The notes beneath the pieces are model-generated. The model made no database searches and was not told the DNA's origin. It saw only the letters and a list, made by a program, of their open reading frames with translations. A stretch of DNA of 64,000 nucleotides, from positions 124,001 through 188,000 of the forward strand of contig JAYWIR010000055.1 of the NCBI GenBank assembly GCA_036172245.1, in the 5' to 3' direction. The translations under genes and the position numbers were made by a program. The first letter of the stretch is position 1. The number at the start of each line of letters is the position of its first letter. The stretch comes from Raillietiella orientalis (Eukaryota). Below are positions 25,640 through 38,720 of this stretch, in pieces.

Positions 25640-27300
25640 ACGGGCCGAGCTTCTCTGTCTGGGGGGGTGGCCAGCAGTCGCGGTCACTTCGGGGCACGTC
25701 GTGAAGAGGCCACGGGGTGCGGTCGCCTCCCTCCAAATGGTGATCTCGACGAAGGGAAGCGGAAGGCGGGATGCTGCGCTGCACCGCGTTGAGGTGCTGG
25801 GCGCGAGACTCCCGGGAAACCGCCCCGCCAGTTCTCCCGTCCGGGAGGCCGGCAGGCTGCCGCTAATGGTCCGGGGAAAAATCTCCTGCGGCCGACCAAG
25901 GGCTGGCGGGGTCCGGCAGGGGGATGGCCCTCCCCAGCAGCAGCAGTCGCGGGCTCCTTCCCCGCAGGCACCAGTACGCTTCCCGCCTCCTCCACTGCGC
26001 ACAGGCAGCTGCATGGCACCCACGCAGCAGGACAGGGTGTGCCGCCTGCATCCACGCCTAGCTGCGAGCCCTAGCGCGTGCTGGTTGGCGGCGACTGCCG
26101 GCACCCACGACTCTCTTGTTGCTGTCGAGCTGATCCGCTCGCTGCCCCCTCACTCCCCCCCCTCTCCCCTTCGCGCGCGCGCAGGCGCCGAGGAAGCGAA
26201 GGCACGCGGGCGTCGCCCCTCGCCGGAGCGGCGGCACCGGGCACCGCGCCGCCTGGCGGAGGCGCTGTTCGCAGCCTCCCGCGTCTCCACACGATCCCGA
26301 TGGTGGCTTCTGCAGACCACCACCAGCTGGGCAGCAAGCAACCCGGGGGTGGCAGAGCGCCAACGCGTACACCTAACTTGGTCCACGGGCCGTGGGCACA
26401 TCCGTGGACGGGCGGCATCTTTCCCTCTCCCGTGACCCTCATACCTCACATCTTCTGTGCACAAGAGGATCCCCCTGCGAAGCTGCTGCCCAGGCACCCT
26501 CCGTCTTGGCCCTCTAGGGCAAGTTGCGACACGACGGCAGAACTTTTGGAAACAGCGAGACGAGGACTGCCCCTTCCTGAGCCCTTCCTGAGAGCGGCCT
26601 GGAGTACCATTTGCAGGAAGGGTCCGGTCCCCCCTCACGCGTGGGAGTAGTCTCTCGGCAACCCGCCGATTAGCACGCCTGCGCCCAAAGATGGCGCTCT
26701 TCGGGCAGTCCTACAGAGGCCGTCGTCGTGGCGCTGACGCCCTGTCGCAGCCTCCGGCGCATCCTGGAAGCACGCCATCCCCTGGAGGTGCGCCCCGCGG
26801 TGCACGACAGCCTTCTCCGTCCAGGGAGCGTAAAAAGGAATGGCGGTGCGCACCCGGCAAGATGGCGGTCCCTCTGGGAATGCGGGAGAAGGGCGGGAGC
26901 ATCGGCCATCAGGAAGTCCGGGGAACTCTCGGAGAATCCCTCAGTCTTTGTGCGCCATCCCAGTGGTGCGACGAGCTCGGGGAACTCTGCGACCCTGCAG
27001 GTCGCACCCCCACTCTGCAGGCAAGTCCACCTCTTCCCCACCTATGTAGGGGTGGGCCAATGGCCCTTCGTCGGACAGGAAAGCCGTGAAGGCGGGAGGC
27101 GCCTCTCGTTCTCCGGGAGCGCCGTGGCGGCAGCAGCACTCCGGAGGGGTCAGACAAAGCACCCAGCAGCAGGAAAGGGGAGAGGCGACCCAGTCTGCCG
27201 CTACCTAGGGGCTCACTGCTCGGATGCGCCTCCCTGGCGGTGGAGAGCTACACCAGTGCCCGTTGCGCAGCCGGGGCGGACGAGTAGCTGATCGTATCGA
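25640..27300 (+). mobile_element. Highly decayed Tx1/L1-like RT region of a divergent subfamily, interrupted by a GC-rich segment
   Basis: LMVRGKISCGRPRAGGVRQGDG (GxRQG motif) at ~25860-25930. RRILEARHPLEVRPAVHDSLLRP at ~26750-26820 resembles the RFLGGKFLLPERAVVCNAFVAP segment of other copies. Confidence 0.5.
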
Positions 27301-27819
27301 TCTGCGTGCGCGCAGTCCGTGCAGTCGCTTGGCGCGCGGCTCACGTCCGCTGCCCCGATTGTTATCGGGCGTCTGCCCCGCCGCCACCACGGGCAGACCG
27401 GAGCCGACCCTGCCTCTCCCCCCCCTGAAGCCGCCGAACTGGCTGAGGAGGCCGCGAAAAGACCGAACCGAGGGGTTGCTGCGCCATTGCCCGAAATCGA
27501 CGCCTCGGACTTGCGGGTCGCGCGAAATGACCTTCCCGTGAGTTCTCCGCGCCCTGCTGACACGGACCTGGCGGTGAGTGTCCCTAGATGCCGTTCTGGG
27601 CCAACAAAGGAAGATGGATCTTCTGTCTTCGCTGCGCTGGAGCCAGAGGCAGTCCCGACGGCTCCGCTGCCACACAAAGCCAGCGACCGGGAGTCAAGAG
27701 GCACTTCCGAGTACACCTCTCGCGCACCCGAAGGGCAAATCCGGTTCGGGAAAGAGACAGGCTGTTCCTGGAGGATCATTCCGGATTTTCGCTCCGCTCT
27801 GCTCCTTCCCGACCCGGGA

Positions 27820-28600
27820 GCACTCTGGCCCGTGGGTGTAATTCTTCAGGATAGGAGGCACCCCGGGATGGGGATCCACCCTATGAATCCAGGAAGGGCT
27901 CGGAGTCCGTTCCTCTCACGCTTGGGGAGAAATCCTTCCGGAGGAGGGGATCGCATCTCCCACCCTGGTTGTCTCCGAAGGGGAACCCCGAAGGGAATCT
28001 CCTTCCTCATTCTCTCCGGAGGGACACCCCCTAGGAGGGGGGTGATCCTCTTCATTTTTTCTTCTCCGCAGGGAGCCCGCAAGGGAACCGCTCCTGTTCA
28101 CTCCTCTGAAGAGAACCCCGGAGGGACACTTCCGAAACTCAGAAGGGGCGCTGCAGCTTCCCGCAGGGAATCGCTATCGCTTGCTTCCTTGCACTCTGTG
28201 AAGAGGCGACTCGGAGGGACCCCCAACAGGGGGATCTGCTCCTTTGAACAGCTGGAGAAGTGCCCATCGTAGGGAGGTAGCTCCTGCTCCAGCTTGAAAC
28301 AGGAGGCGGTCCCCCGGTGATGGGGGTCCACTCTCCGTTGCACGACCGGAGGGGGAACTCCCCACTCCTTGATTCCTGGGAGGACCCGAAGGTCGACTCC
28401 CATTGTTCCGGCCTTCATCGGGAGGCCGCCGGCTTTATCCACCGCCGGGGCCACGCCCGAATGTCTCGGCCAATCAGCGCAGTTGCAGGAGAAACTCGGA
28501 ACCCAAACGACTCAGTGGCGTCAGTTATCTGCCGAAGTATTCGAACCCGCGACGCATGGTGCCACGCGCGGAAGCCTTAACCACAAAGCCTCCGACGCGG
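27820..28600 (-). mobile_element. tRNA-headed repeat / SINE-like element (copy S3)
   Basis: Minus-strand head GGCTTTGTGGTTAAGGC...GCGGGTTCGAATAC (B box 28537-28547). Plus-strand body motifs CCACCCT.TGAATCCAGGAAGG and GGGGAACCCCGAAGGG are shared with S2. Confidence 0.7.
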
Positions 28601-29957
28601 TGCGCTCTTCGTGACGGAGAGGGGAGTTCCCTTGCGTCGGCCGAAGAGGCGTCCACGAAGGACAAGAGGGAAGAGCTCGGCTTCCTCCGACGCCATGAGC
28701 ATCTGGAGAGACCCTTCGATACCCCCCCTACGGGGGGCTTCAGCGTGGAGAAGGATCACAGAGGCAGCACCGGGAACCGGGAACCGGAGACTTAAGCCGA
28801 CGCTGCGCCAAGACCGGAGGCGGATAGCAGGTGCTTCAGGGAGTGAGCGGGAGGGGAATCCCGGGGGACATTGTCCGGTGGTCTGCCTGCATCTCCCCTA
28901 CGGCAGCACGGAGAAGAAGAAGATGAGGAAGAGGGATCGTCAAAAAAGCACGGAGGCGTTCTCCCCGGGGCAGCTCGCCCTCTATGGGTCCGGGGCGAAT
29001 AACAGGAAGCGGAAGCGAACGCGGGAGGGTGGCATCAGGTCAGGAGATGCGAATGACACCCTCCGGCAGTGCGAGTTGCCCCTTTCATCTCCCCTGCCAG
29101 CGTCCCCTCCGGTCAGGAGGCGCCCTCGTTCCCCCCCTCCCTCCCTTCCCCACGCCTCGCGCACGCCCGCATGGCCCCGCCCGCCCGAGTTCGACAGCTA
29201 CTGCCACGGTCGTGGCGACGGGGCGGGAGAGGCGGCTGAAAGTGGGTCGAGCGAGTGGGTTCCGCCCCGCGATCGGGAATGGCCGACACCGTGGCACACG
29301 TGGGCGCTCCACGCGCTGTCTCGCTACGCCACGCGTGTGATTCGCCTCGCGACTGATCGCGCGCTTCGGCGACTCGGCCCGCCAGGGTGCGAGGAGCGGC
29401 CGTTGCCCTCGCGGGCCGATGCTATCCTCTCAGGCCCGGAGCAGGGAAAAGCCGCGGGTGGCCCTCGGGACGGCGACGAGCGGCTGCGAAGGTGGCAGGA
29501 CGTTGGGTTCGCAGCCCCACGGAGTCCAAGACCGGGAACGCCCTCGTCTCGGGAGTCCGTCGACCTTGGAGAAGCTCTGGGGTTTTACGAGTCAGAGGGC
29601 GGCCTTTCCCGAAGAACCATCCGAGTCTAAGAGGGAACTCTAACCGCAGACTTTCGGGTCGTCGTGACCGAGCTGTCGCCGTGACCCTTCCTGCCAAGGA
29701 CACCCCTGTTCGTGGGAAGGGCGCCATTCGACTAGGGTGGTCGCCTTCCCCTATTCCTCGAGGAGGAGAGGCATCCTGGGAGAAGCAACCGGTCACGGGC
29801 TGTTTCCTGGAGTGCCTTTTTGTTCCCTACTCCTCGAGGGGAGGTGCTATGCCGAGGGGCATCGCGTGGCAATTCCAGAAGAAAAAAAGTCAGGGTGAGA
29901 GACGTCCTCGTACCGGATGCAGTGCTTAGGCGTGCGACCATCCTCCGTGCACCTCCT

Positions 29958-30082
29958 GGAGAGGAGGAGGAAAGGGGGAAGGAATAAGGGAGGAGGATAT
30001 GGAAAAGGGAAAGAGGAAGAAGAGAGGAGGAGGAGGAAGAGAGGAAGGAGGGAAGAGAAGGGGGAAGGGAGGAAGAGGAAGG
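29958..30082 (+). repeat. Polypurine (GGA/GAA) low-complexity tract
   Basis: ~125 nt almost exclusively G/A. Confidence 0.85.
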
Positions 30083-31430
30083 GTAAAACTCCACGTACGC
30101 TCTCCTGGGGTGGCAAATGAAGGGCACCTACCCCTCTGTGCGAGGAGTCGTTCGAAGTCTCCGTCAGGGAGGGAGTGAGGCGAGTTGCTCCGGGAGCGGA
30201 CGGCACAGCGCCCCGTGCGCGGTCCAGCGCAGCCTCCTCATCTCGCGGGACGACATATTCGCGCGCTGCCGTGGCACTCAGCACAGACGTGGCCGAGCAA
30301 GGACACCGGCGGGTGATGGCGCGGAGGCTCCACGAATGGCTCCTGCTTTTCTTTTCCTTTGGGCGCCGATCCGGATGTACACGAGCGGGGAGGGGTCTGC
30401 CTCGCTGGAGAAGAACGCAGATGCCTCGCATCCGGAATTCTGTGTCAGAAGCTTCTCTCCGCGCACAGAACCAAAGTTGCCCTTTCCTTGAAGGTCAAAC
30501 TGCACGCCTTCCCTCCGCTAGAGGAGCCAGACCAGTGAATGGGGGGAGTGGAAGTAGGAGGGCAATTTGGGGCTGCCTAGCAGCCGCTGCTCCGAAGCGA
30601 GCATGATTCCTAAGGAAACGATGAGAGGGGGAGCATCCCCGAGCGGCACTTCCCGGAGTTGTTGCGCGCGCTCTCATGGGCCGGGTGGGACGATTTGCCC
30701 GGGACGGAGTCGTTTGGCACTGCGGGCACCGACCACTCAGATGGTGATGGTGGTGGTGGCGGTCAGCTCTCTACCGGAGCCCCGCGTGGGGAGGGCTGAT
30801 GTGGGACGGATCTGGAGGATCGGATTCCAGAGGGGACAGCCAATGAGCGTCGCGCAAGGGGGAGACTTTCTGGGGGCGCCTCTGGTGACCGAGCCGCGAG
30901 GTCGAGCCGGCCTGCCGCCTGCGCGGAGGGCGCGGTGTCCTCCGGGACCGGCTCTGAGAGAGCAGCGCCAACACGTTCGACCCTCTCGCGGTGGCGTCTT
31001 ATGGCTGCCGGCGACGCCCTGGCCGCGGCGATGGCTCTGGGACCCAGGGCCGCTACCTGCAGAGAGGCCACCTCCGTCTCTCCATCGGGCACCCGTCCGG
31101 AGGCCACCGTCCCTTCCTCCGCGCGAAGGTCATCTTCACCCGCCGGCACTTAGTGGGAGCTCTTTCCTCTGCCCCTCTGAGAAACAGGTGCGTCCTTGCC
31201 CCCCAGCTCCCTCTCCAAAAGAAAAAGCGCGTCCAACTAAAAGCGCGACCTGACCTGGCGATGCCGGCCGCGGGTGTCGAAGATCCCGGCCCTCTGAGAC
31301 GACCCGGAGGACCTCAGAAGGCGAAGGGAAGAGGCTGGAAGAATGGGCGGTGCCCCCGGATGGGCCCCGCCCGCCGGAGCCGAGTGCCCGAAGAGCGCCT
31401 CCATCTCGTTCCTGGGGCTGCGTGGGTTGA

Positions 31431-32100
31431 CACCCGGTCACGCCGGGGCGTTTATTCAAAATAAACTTACAAGTCTGTGGCAGGACGTTTCATCCTCCCA
31501 CGTTACTTAATACTGCGGGAACGAACCTGCAGGAATCTGGCATGCAGGCCAGCGGGATTGCCTCGGCAGCACAGGGTAAGGGGGTACAAACAAAAAGAAA
31601 AATAAAAACAAAAATACAAAAAGAAAAGGTGATGGGTTCGGGAAGGGATCACTGCGTGCTGGAGGGTGTCCTCTGCATCCTTGTAAGGATGCCAATAAGT
31701 TCGGGTTTTAATGCTTCCAGATGGGACCATCTTGATGCTGTTACTAGAAACAGGACCTCAAAATACATGAGTTTCTGTCGTTCTGTCCTCCTCTGGTTTA
31801 GCTCCATGCAGCCACGATCCCGCTCAGGCAGCAAAGTGCTGCTAGGGATGCAGCCGGCGTGAGTGCGTCTCGCAAAAAGAGACGCTTTAAAACGTCTCTG
31901 GGGTTGCCCTCCGGGATCCGCAGGGACGCGGCAAGCGTTCATACATGGGACGGAGGACCACACAATCCATGGGCAGGTGCGAGAGGGACACTCTGTCTCC
32001 GCACCTGTCGCAGTTTGGGCTTACACTCCCCTTACTGTGAAGTGTTTATCAGTAAACCCCCTGGCGTGACCGGGTGAAAACTCCCCTTACATTGAGGTAC
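31431..32100 (-). mobile_element. Tx1-like LINE 3' fragment (copy C), interrupted by micro-insertion D
   Basis: Minus strand reads SPNCDRCGDRVSLSHLPMDC, then a TGATCCCTT 3'UTR ending GTTTATTTTGAATAAACGCCCCGGCGTGACCGGGTG. Confidence 0.8.
32036..32079 (+). mobile_element. 44-bp LINE 3'-terminus micro-insertion (copy D) with 11-bp TSD
   Basis: TGTGAAGTGTTTATCAGTAAACCCCCTGGCGTGACCGGGTGAAA flanked by ACTCCCCTTAC at 32025-32035 and 32080-32090. Confidence 0.85.
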
Positions 32101-33740
32101 TAGGCCCCTCTACGGCCAACATTCAGCAGGACCTTCCGGGACACCAGTACGCAGACCAGCTTAACTCTCATCGGCAATGGAAGGGGATAGAGGGTAAAAC
32201 AAAAAGAAAAATAAATGAAACAAACAAAAAAAAAAGATACTATTTGGAGGGCCGGGAAGGGATCACAGCCCGCTGGAGGAAGAGACCATCCTTGCCAGGA
32301 TGCCCTCGAGGTCCCTCGTCATAGCTCCCAGATGGGACCAGCCGATCGTGATTCTCAGGTAGCGACCCGCGTGTACGATGGCGTCCCTATCGCTGCTTCC
32401 TCTGTTGGCTGCGCTCCACGCGGCCACAATCCCTCGGAGGCAGCAAAGCGCTGCCAGGGTTGAGGCTGGTGGCAGGCGTCTCGCACGAAGAGGAGTCTCA
32501 CAACGTCTCTGGGGGTACTGCCGATCGGCATCCGGAGGGTCGTAGCAAAACGTTCCCACAAGGGCCGGAGGGCAGCGCAGTCCACTAACAGGTGGGGGAG
32601 GGATTCCTTCTCCCCGCACACAGCACAGTTCTGTCCCACGTTCCCCAACGTCCAGTGGTGGCGGCTCGCGTTGCAGGGAAGACCCCAGTGCAACAACAGC
32701 AGCACCGTTTCCTGCCACTTGAGGGGCAGGGTGGATGAGTCTCTGAACAACGGGGGCCACTTTAGGTCATCCGCCGGGATGCCAAGCAGCTCGCCCCATC
32801 TCCGTATTCCATGCGGGTGAACGCTTGGGGTTGCGGCGTCTGCCAGTTCCCTCATTGTCCACCCGCTTAGATCCTTCTCCTTGCCCGCTATCCGGCAGGA
32901 GACTTGCCACTTCGGCGTCCGGCCGCTGACCAGGGCCTTCGTAGGAAAGGCAGCGCCGTAGCTAAAGAGGTGGTGTCCACCCATGTGCTCCTTGCGGGAC
33001 ACTCCAGAATGGTCCGCAGGGTGCAGCGGGGGTAGGGCCCGAATCGCAGGCAGTTCCAGCTGTTACTTCTCTGGGCATTTAACTTCGCCCACGTTCCAAC
33101 AGATTCCTGCAGCCATGCAGAGGAGTTGGCGGGACTGCATGCTATCCAGCCGTTCTCCTTGACCAGTGTGGCCATGCGTCCAAGGAGAAGGCCGCATCTT
33201 CTAATCTTCCAGCCAAGGCACAGAAGATGAGACGCGAGTCCTTGCGTCCTGGATACACGGCTGGCTAAGAGGCGGGCCGGAACGCACTAAGGGGTGCTCC
33301 ACAACTTCTCTGCGATGGCCATGGTGTGCCATCGCAGCTGGATTTCCAAGCGCTCCATCGTCAAAAGGCCGACACCGCCGTCCCGACGCGGAGCGCATAA
33401 GTCCTGGAGCTTCACTCGGAGCCTCCCGTTGCCCCACAGGGTGATACGGAGGAGGTCCTTGGTTCGCTTCTTCAGCTGGGGAGGGACGGGGCAAACAAAA
33501 AGCAGGGGGGCGGAGGATGGGAGCCGCGAACGCGTTCCACACCGCGGCCCGTTCCGGCAAGAGGAACTTGCTTTCCAGGAACGGGCCGATCACCTTCTCA
33601 GCCTTCCGGGGGCAGCCAGACCACACCTTCACCGGAGAGTAGTCCTCCAACGGCACATCGAAGCATGTTGGACGCGCCCGTCGTCCGCAGCAGCGCGAGG
33701 GACGCACACCTGGCCGCTTGGGTCAGCAGCGCCTCTGAAT
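32100..33740 (-). mobile_element. Tx1-like LINE ORF2 C-terminal part and 3'UTR (copy I), frameshifted
   Basis: FLESKFLLPERAAVWNAF, VKENGWIAC, TLPLKWQETVLLLLHWGLPCNASRHHW...CAVCGEKESLPHLLVDC, and a TGATCCCTT 3'UTR. Confidence 0.88.
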
Positions 33741-35799
33741 GAGAGCTGAGGTCGAACCGAAAGCTTTCCGCCGGAGTGACGCCTCCGGACTGCTGCATTT
33801 CGGCCAGTGCCTCTTCCCAGAGCCTGTCCTCCCCTCTCCGCTCCCGCAAAGGATGGGGGGGGGGCGCATCGGCGGCAAGCCGAAGATGCGGTGAGTGCAA
33901 GAGCGACGGGCGAGTCCTTGAAACTCCGCAGGTGTCTCTGCGAGAGCGGGAGGAAGCAAAGAAGGCGCTGGGAGACCGACATGGGCGTCGTCGTCCCTCG
34001 CTAGTGCGCGCGAATGCACGTGCGACGTGTTCCGGAGAATTCCAAAGCGCTGCCGGCGCTCGGAGCGAGCTGCGCGTTGCGCACATGCGCTCTGCGCCGG
34101 AGTCGCAGAGGCGAACGGAGCCGGGCTCCTGCATGCAACAGCAGTCGCGTCGGCAGATTCGGAGATGCGCGTGACGGCATCAAACCGTGGGAGGGGGGAG
34201 GGGGTCATCGGCATCTGTCATCAGCAGTCGAATGGTCCAGACGCGGGAGGAAAGCGTCCCTTGCATCCTAGGAGTCGCATCCCGCAGGGAACTCCCCGGT
34301 GGTTCGCGAGGCGGCGCCGCCAGCCGCGAACGACGCGCGCGGGGTGGTCGAGTAGACGACGACGCCTTCCGCCGCTGCCGCGGCAACGGCAGTGGTAGGG
34401 AAAAGCGCGCAGCCCCAGCGAACGAGGGCTCACGTTTCTGCTTCGATTCCCGGCTAGAGTGGGCGAGTTTTTTTCCCCCCGCAGGTTCGCCCTTCGCCCC
34501 CCACCCGGGTCTGCACCTCTTTGAGCACTCGGGTGCTGCCCCCCCCACGGCCGGGGCGCCGCCAGTTGTTCTTCCTGGGTCTGCATACGGATGCGCCATC
34601 TGTTGCGCAATTGCCTACGCAAGCGGCAGGCCGCTTCGCGCACGGATGTCGTGGCGGAGTACCGCGCGCTCGCACCTCCCCAGCTCGCCAGGGCGCGTGC
34701 GCGAGCGAAGCGTCGCCATTGCGTCGCGCCGTTCCGGAAATTCCCTCGTCCGATTACACCTGACCAGCTGCCGGTCTTTCGGCCGAGTCGCATTACGCAG
34801 GCATTACGCGAATCCTCTGAGAGAAGGAGGGGGGGGGGGAAGAGGAGGAAGAATCAAGGGTGACCTTGTCGACGGCTGCACCGTTGGTTTCCATCTCTTT
34901 CTGCGCATGGGAACGCGCGTTCCCTGTCCTCTCTCTGCCGCTCTCTCTCTCTTACCGAGTCCCGTGACTTTGTGCGACCTGCCTGCTCAAGTACGACGCG
35001 CGCTCTCTCGCCGAAGGATGCACGCGGCGTCGCTACGCAACGCTTCGCTTTCACATCGCCAACCCGCCCTGCCCGCTTCACGGGAGGCGAATGTGGACCT
35101 TGAGCGGATACACGAAACCACGGATGGAGGTGGCCAGGCAGAGGGCGTAACCGTGCCGGGAAGAAATGGGAGGGAGTCGTCGTCTTGTATCACGGCGAAG
35201 CGCCCTCCAGCTGCCCAGGAACATGACTGCAAATGGAGCTGCCCTTGCCCCTATGACTTCTTAACGCGATCCCGGCTCTTTGGTTCTTGGTCCGCGTTGG
35301 AGGGTCATCAAAGAGAGATCGGAAGACGCCCCGTGAACAGGCGAAGAGCGAGAAGCAGGAGATTTCTTCAGAATCCTTGAAGAGCTGGCAGCTTTCGCCC
35401 CTTTACTGGAGAGGGATCCCTAGCAACCAGCTCCTCGCAGCAACAACAGTAGCAGCAGCAGAGACAATAAGAATAGCAACAGTAGCAGCCCACCGAAGCA
35501 CGGCGAGAGCCGCAGATGCCCAGTCGTGGTGGAGGAGGCCGACCCCTCCGAGGACGCAGGTCGCCACGAAGGGTTCGGTCAACGTTTCGAGAGGCTCCAA
35601 AGTGCCCCCGTCCAGAGGCTGCAGACAGAAAGTCCATCGGGCTGCGACGCTGCCCGGACTGCGGGATGCGGACGTGTCTTCCTCGGCCGGCGGGGGAGCA
35701 CCGCCTGCGCCAAGCCCTCGCGAGCGGCGCGAAGTGCCGATAAGGTGGGGGGACGCAAGGCAAGAACTGTGTGACTGCTGCCTCCACCCGAGAAAGGGT

Positions 35800-37090
35800 C
35801 GAATCTCCTGCTGACTTCTCCAGGGGCGCGCTCATAGAGTACACAGCCACCTTCACGGAAGCGCGCGGACCGCCGGAGTGGACCCTCCTGGGTCGCCTGC
35901 GGGCAGTGCCTCGACGTTCTGCTTCCGCATGCGGGGACATCGACTGGGCTGCAGGACTCGCACCTGCCGCCGCACGGAATGATGACTTCGCAAGAGGTCG
36001 TCAGGGCTGGGACGCAATCGTGCGCGTTCCTCTCCGCGACAGGCATGCTTGGGGACCACGTCAAGCTTTCAAGCTTCCGGGAGCAGCAGCGACACCTCAC
36101 GGGAAGGATAATGGCCCAGGATGATTCTCACCTGGTTTTGCGGGGGCATTTATTAGGTAAAGTAACATCAGCAACGCCGACTCCTACCACTCGAGGAGTA
36201 GGGAACCACTGTTCCTCAGCACGCTTGGGGCCACTTCACCTTCTCCAGAGGGATGTCGAACAGCTCTGCCCAGCGTAAAAGTCCCTTCGGTGGGGCACTT
36301 GGGGTCGCAGCGTGAGTTAGCTGGACCGTGGTACAACCACCTAGTTCCTTCTCTCTTCCTGATATCGTGCGTCGGACCCCCCATTTGGCCGGCTAACTAC
36401 TGCCCAGGTGCTCCACGAGACAGGGCAGAGCCGTGGCAAGGGAGGTCCTTTCAGCCCATGTACGCGCGGCGGGCTGCACGATGACATCTTGCAGGGAATG
36501 ACTGTTGTAAAAGGAGTGCAGCAATCGCTGCCGCAACTCCGGACTCGCTTCCTGGTTCTGGGCCCATGTGCGAAGGCTTTCCTGCAACCAGGAAGTACCG
36601 TTCGCGGCCCGCAGGAAATCCAAGTGTTCGTCCTGGTCAGCTTGGCCACTTTCCGGAGTTCCAGTCCGCAATGGAACCGGTACCGTCGTTGGCGGCACGC
36701 CAGGAAGGTGGACAGTCCTGCGCAGCCGCTGGCTCGCTGGACTAGGTGTCGTGCGGGCTCGCACCAGCTGGTGCTCCACAACTTCGCCACAAGGGCAAGC
36801 GTTCTCCACTGGAGCTGCAACTTCAGCCGCTCCAGCGTCAGGAGGCCGAGGCCTCCGTCGCGACGCGGAGAGCACAAGTCGTTCAGCCGGACTCGGGGTC
36901 TCTCTGCGCCCCACAGGGCGATCCTCAGGTCTTTTGTCCGTCTATTTACACCGCAGGGTGGAGGGCAAACAATAAGCAAGAAGCGAAAAAGGGGGCCACG
37001 AACGCGTTGCACACCACGGCCCGTTCCGGCAAGAGGAACTTGCCTCCCAGGAACGGGCCGATCGCCAACTCAGGACCAGGTACTTGAGAG
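35800..37090 (-). mobile_element. Tx1-like LINE post-RT fragment (copy J)
   Basis: ORF 36341-37012 contains RVRLNDLCSPRRDGGLGLLTLERL (Tx1/L1 GGLG motif). The 3' limit is uncertain. Confidence 0.75.
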
Positions 37091-37099
37091 TGTTGATGC

Positions 37100-38131
37100 C
37101 TCGCTGCAGGCAGGCGCACCCCGTCTCGTTCGCGCCGTGGATCTTTCCCCAGGAGAAGACCGACTCCTGAAGCCAGGAAATGCAGTTCGCAGGGAGGCAG
37201 GAGATCCAAGAGTTCTCCTCCACCAGATCAACCATCTGGCAGAGTTGGTATCCGCAAGGCCTCAGCAGTCCCTCGCGAGCGACAAGGAGGGATGCGAGTC
37301 CCTCTCAGTCGGTTGCGCTCTTTGCGAGGAGGCGTGCTGGTACATACCAGAGCGTGGCCCATCATCTCGCCGCGAGGGCGACTCTTCTGAGTTGGGGCTG
37401 ATGCTCTAGCCTCTGCAGCGTAAGGAGACCCAGTCCGCCATCCTTACGCGGAGCACACAAGTCTCTGAGTAGGACTCTGGACTTCCCTGTGCCTCACAGG
37501 GCTTTCCTCAGGTGCTCCCCGGTTCTTCTCTCGATGTCAAGTGGGACGGGGCAAACAAAAAGTAGGGAGAGGAGGAGAGAAGCTGCAAAGGAGTTCCATA
37601 CCGTGGCCCGTTTCTGAAAAAAAAACTTGCCGTTCTGGAACGGGTCTAGAGCACCCTCTACCTTTTGAAGAGGACCAGACCAGGCTTCTGCTATGCAGAA
37701 GTCTCCAACGGAACTCCAAGGTACTTGATGTACCTGCCCGTCAGGGTACCCAAGCGGATCCAGTCCAGCCGACCGGCCCATGCCGCACCAACTGATACGA
37801 TGGTTAACTTCTCCCTGCTCATCTCAAGACCCATCCCGCGGCGCAGCAGCTCAAAGAAGTCTTCAAGCGCGGACGCCGGGGTGGACCCGGGAAGCAGCAG
37901 CAGAACATCGTCGGCATAGGCTGACACGACAGGCGTGGCCGGACACGAGTTCGGCAGGGTTGCCAGAGTCTTTCTGTATGCTCTCAGCGTCACCTCAAAG
38001 TAGATGCTGAAGAGCAAGGGCCTGAGGCTGTCGCCCTGCCTGATGCCAAGGCGAACGAGCATGCCTCACACGTGCTGGCTGCTGGAACAAATGTTGATTA
38101 GCGCGAAGTGCCAGCAAGAGCGCAGATAGGT
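37100..38131 (-). mobile_element. Tx1-like LINE RT core fragment (copy K)
   Basis: GIRQGDSLRPLLF...VSAYADDVLLLL...YIKYLGVPL, then LCAPRKDGGLGLL. Confidence 0.9.
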
Positions 38132-38720
38132 CCAGGATGATGGAAATCTCTTGGAGCTTTCCTCCTACCTGCCTCGCTGCTTACCTTCCAGCTTCTGTCT
38201 TTTGGGAAGTTCTCCAAGTGCTGAAGGATCGTCCGTCTCTTCAGGGAAGAAGGTCGGGGATCACGAAGCTCTTTGTCACTGTCCTCGCCATCTGAGAGTA
38301 CGTTTAACCCTTCAGTTCAGGGAGTGACCCCGGAGGAACCACGCTACGAATCCAGGAGACAGAAGTCCGTCCCTACCCCGGAGACAGGAGACAGGTGTCC
38401 GTCCCTCTTACGCTTGGAGGGGAACCCTGAAGAAACCCCTTAATGTGTGAGGCCTCTCCTCGCTTTTTATCCGAGGACCCCCCGGAAGAAGTTCTCTCCC
38501 GTTTCCTCCTCCTCCGAAGGGAAGGACCCCAGAGGGTCAACTTCCAATGCCGGTCGATCAGCGGGGGCATCAGGCGTCCACCAGTGCCCCGCACCCGAAG
38601 CCACCCGAGGCCAACTAGAGCCATCCTGAGGGAGGGGGAGGCATTCGAAACCGACGACGCCCCCTTTTCCATTTCTGGGCGCCTTTCCTTCCCCGGGAGG
38701 GATTCGAACCGGCGCCACGA
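38132..38720 (-). mobile_element. tRNA-headed repeat / SINE-like element (copy S4)
   Basis: B box (complement of 38699-38710). The body is homologous to S2 along most of its length and abuts copy K. Confidence 0.72.

Noticed and set aside
28100..28145. Hammerhead-like CTGAAGA...GAAA (also CTGATGA...GAAA on the minus strand near 46405-46450)
   Set aside because: Stem II and/or stem I cannot form, and the full motif is not conserved in the other repeat copies.
7500..35800. Long ORFs in the GC-rich domain (e.g. 10253-11671, 15899-16966, 17275-18264, 28611-29630, 34187-35380)
   Set aside because: They are Arg/Pro/Gly/Ala-rich, overlap on both strands and have no domain motifs, as expected from stop-codon scarcity at high GC.
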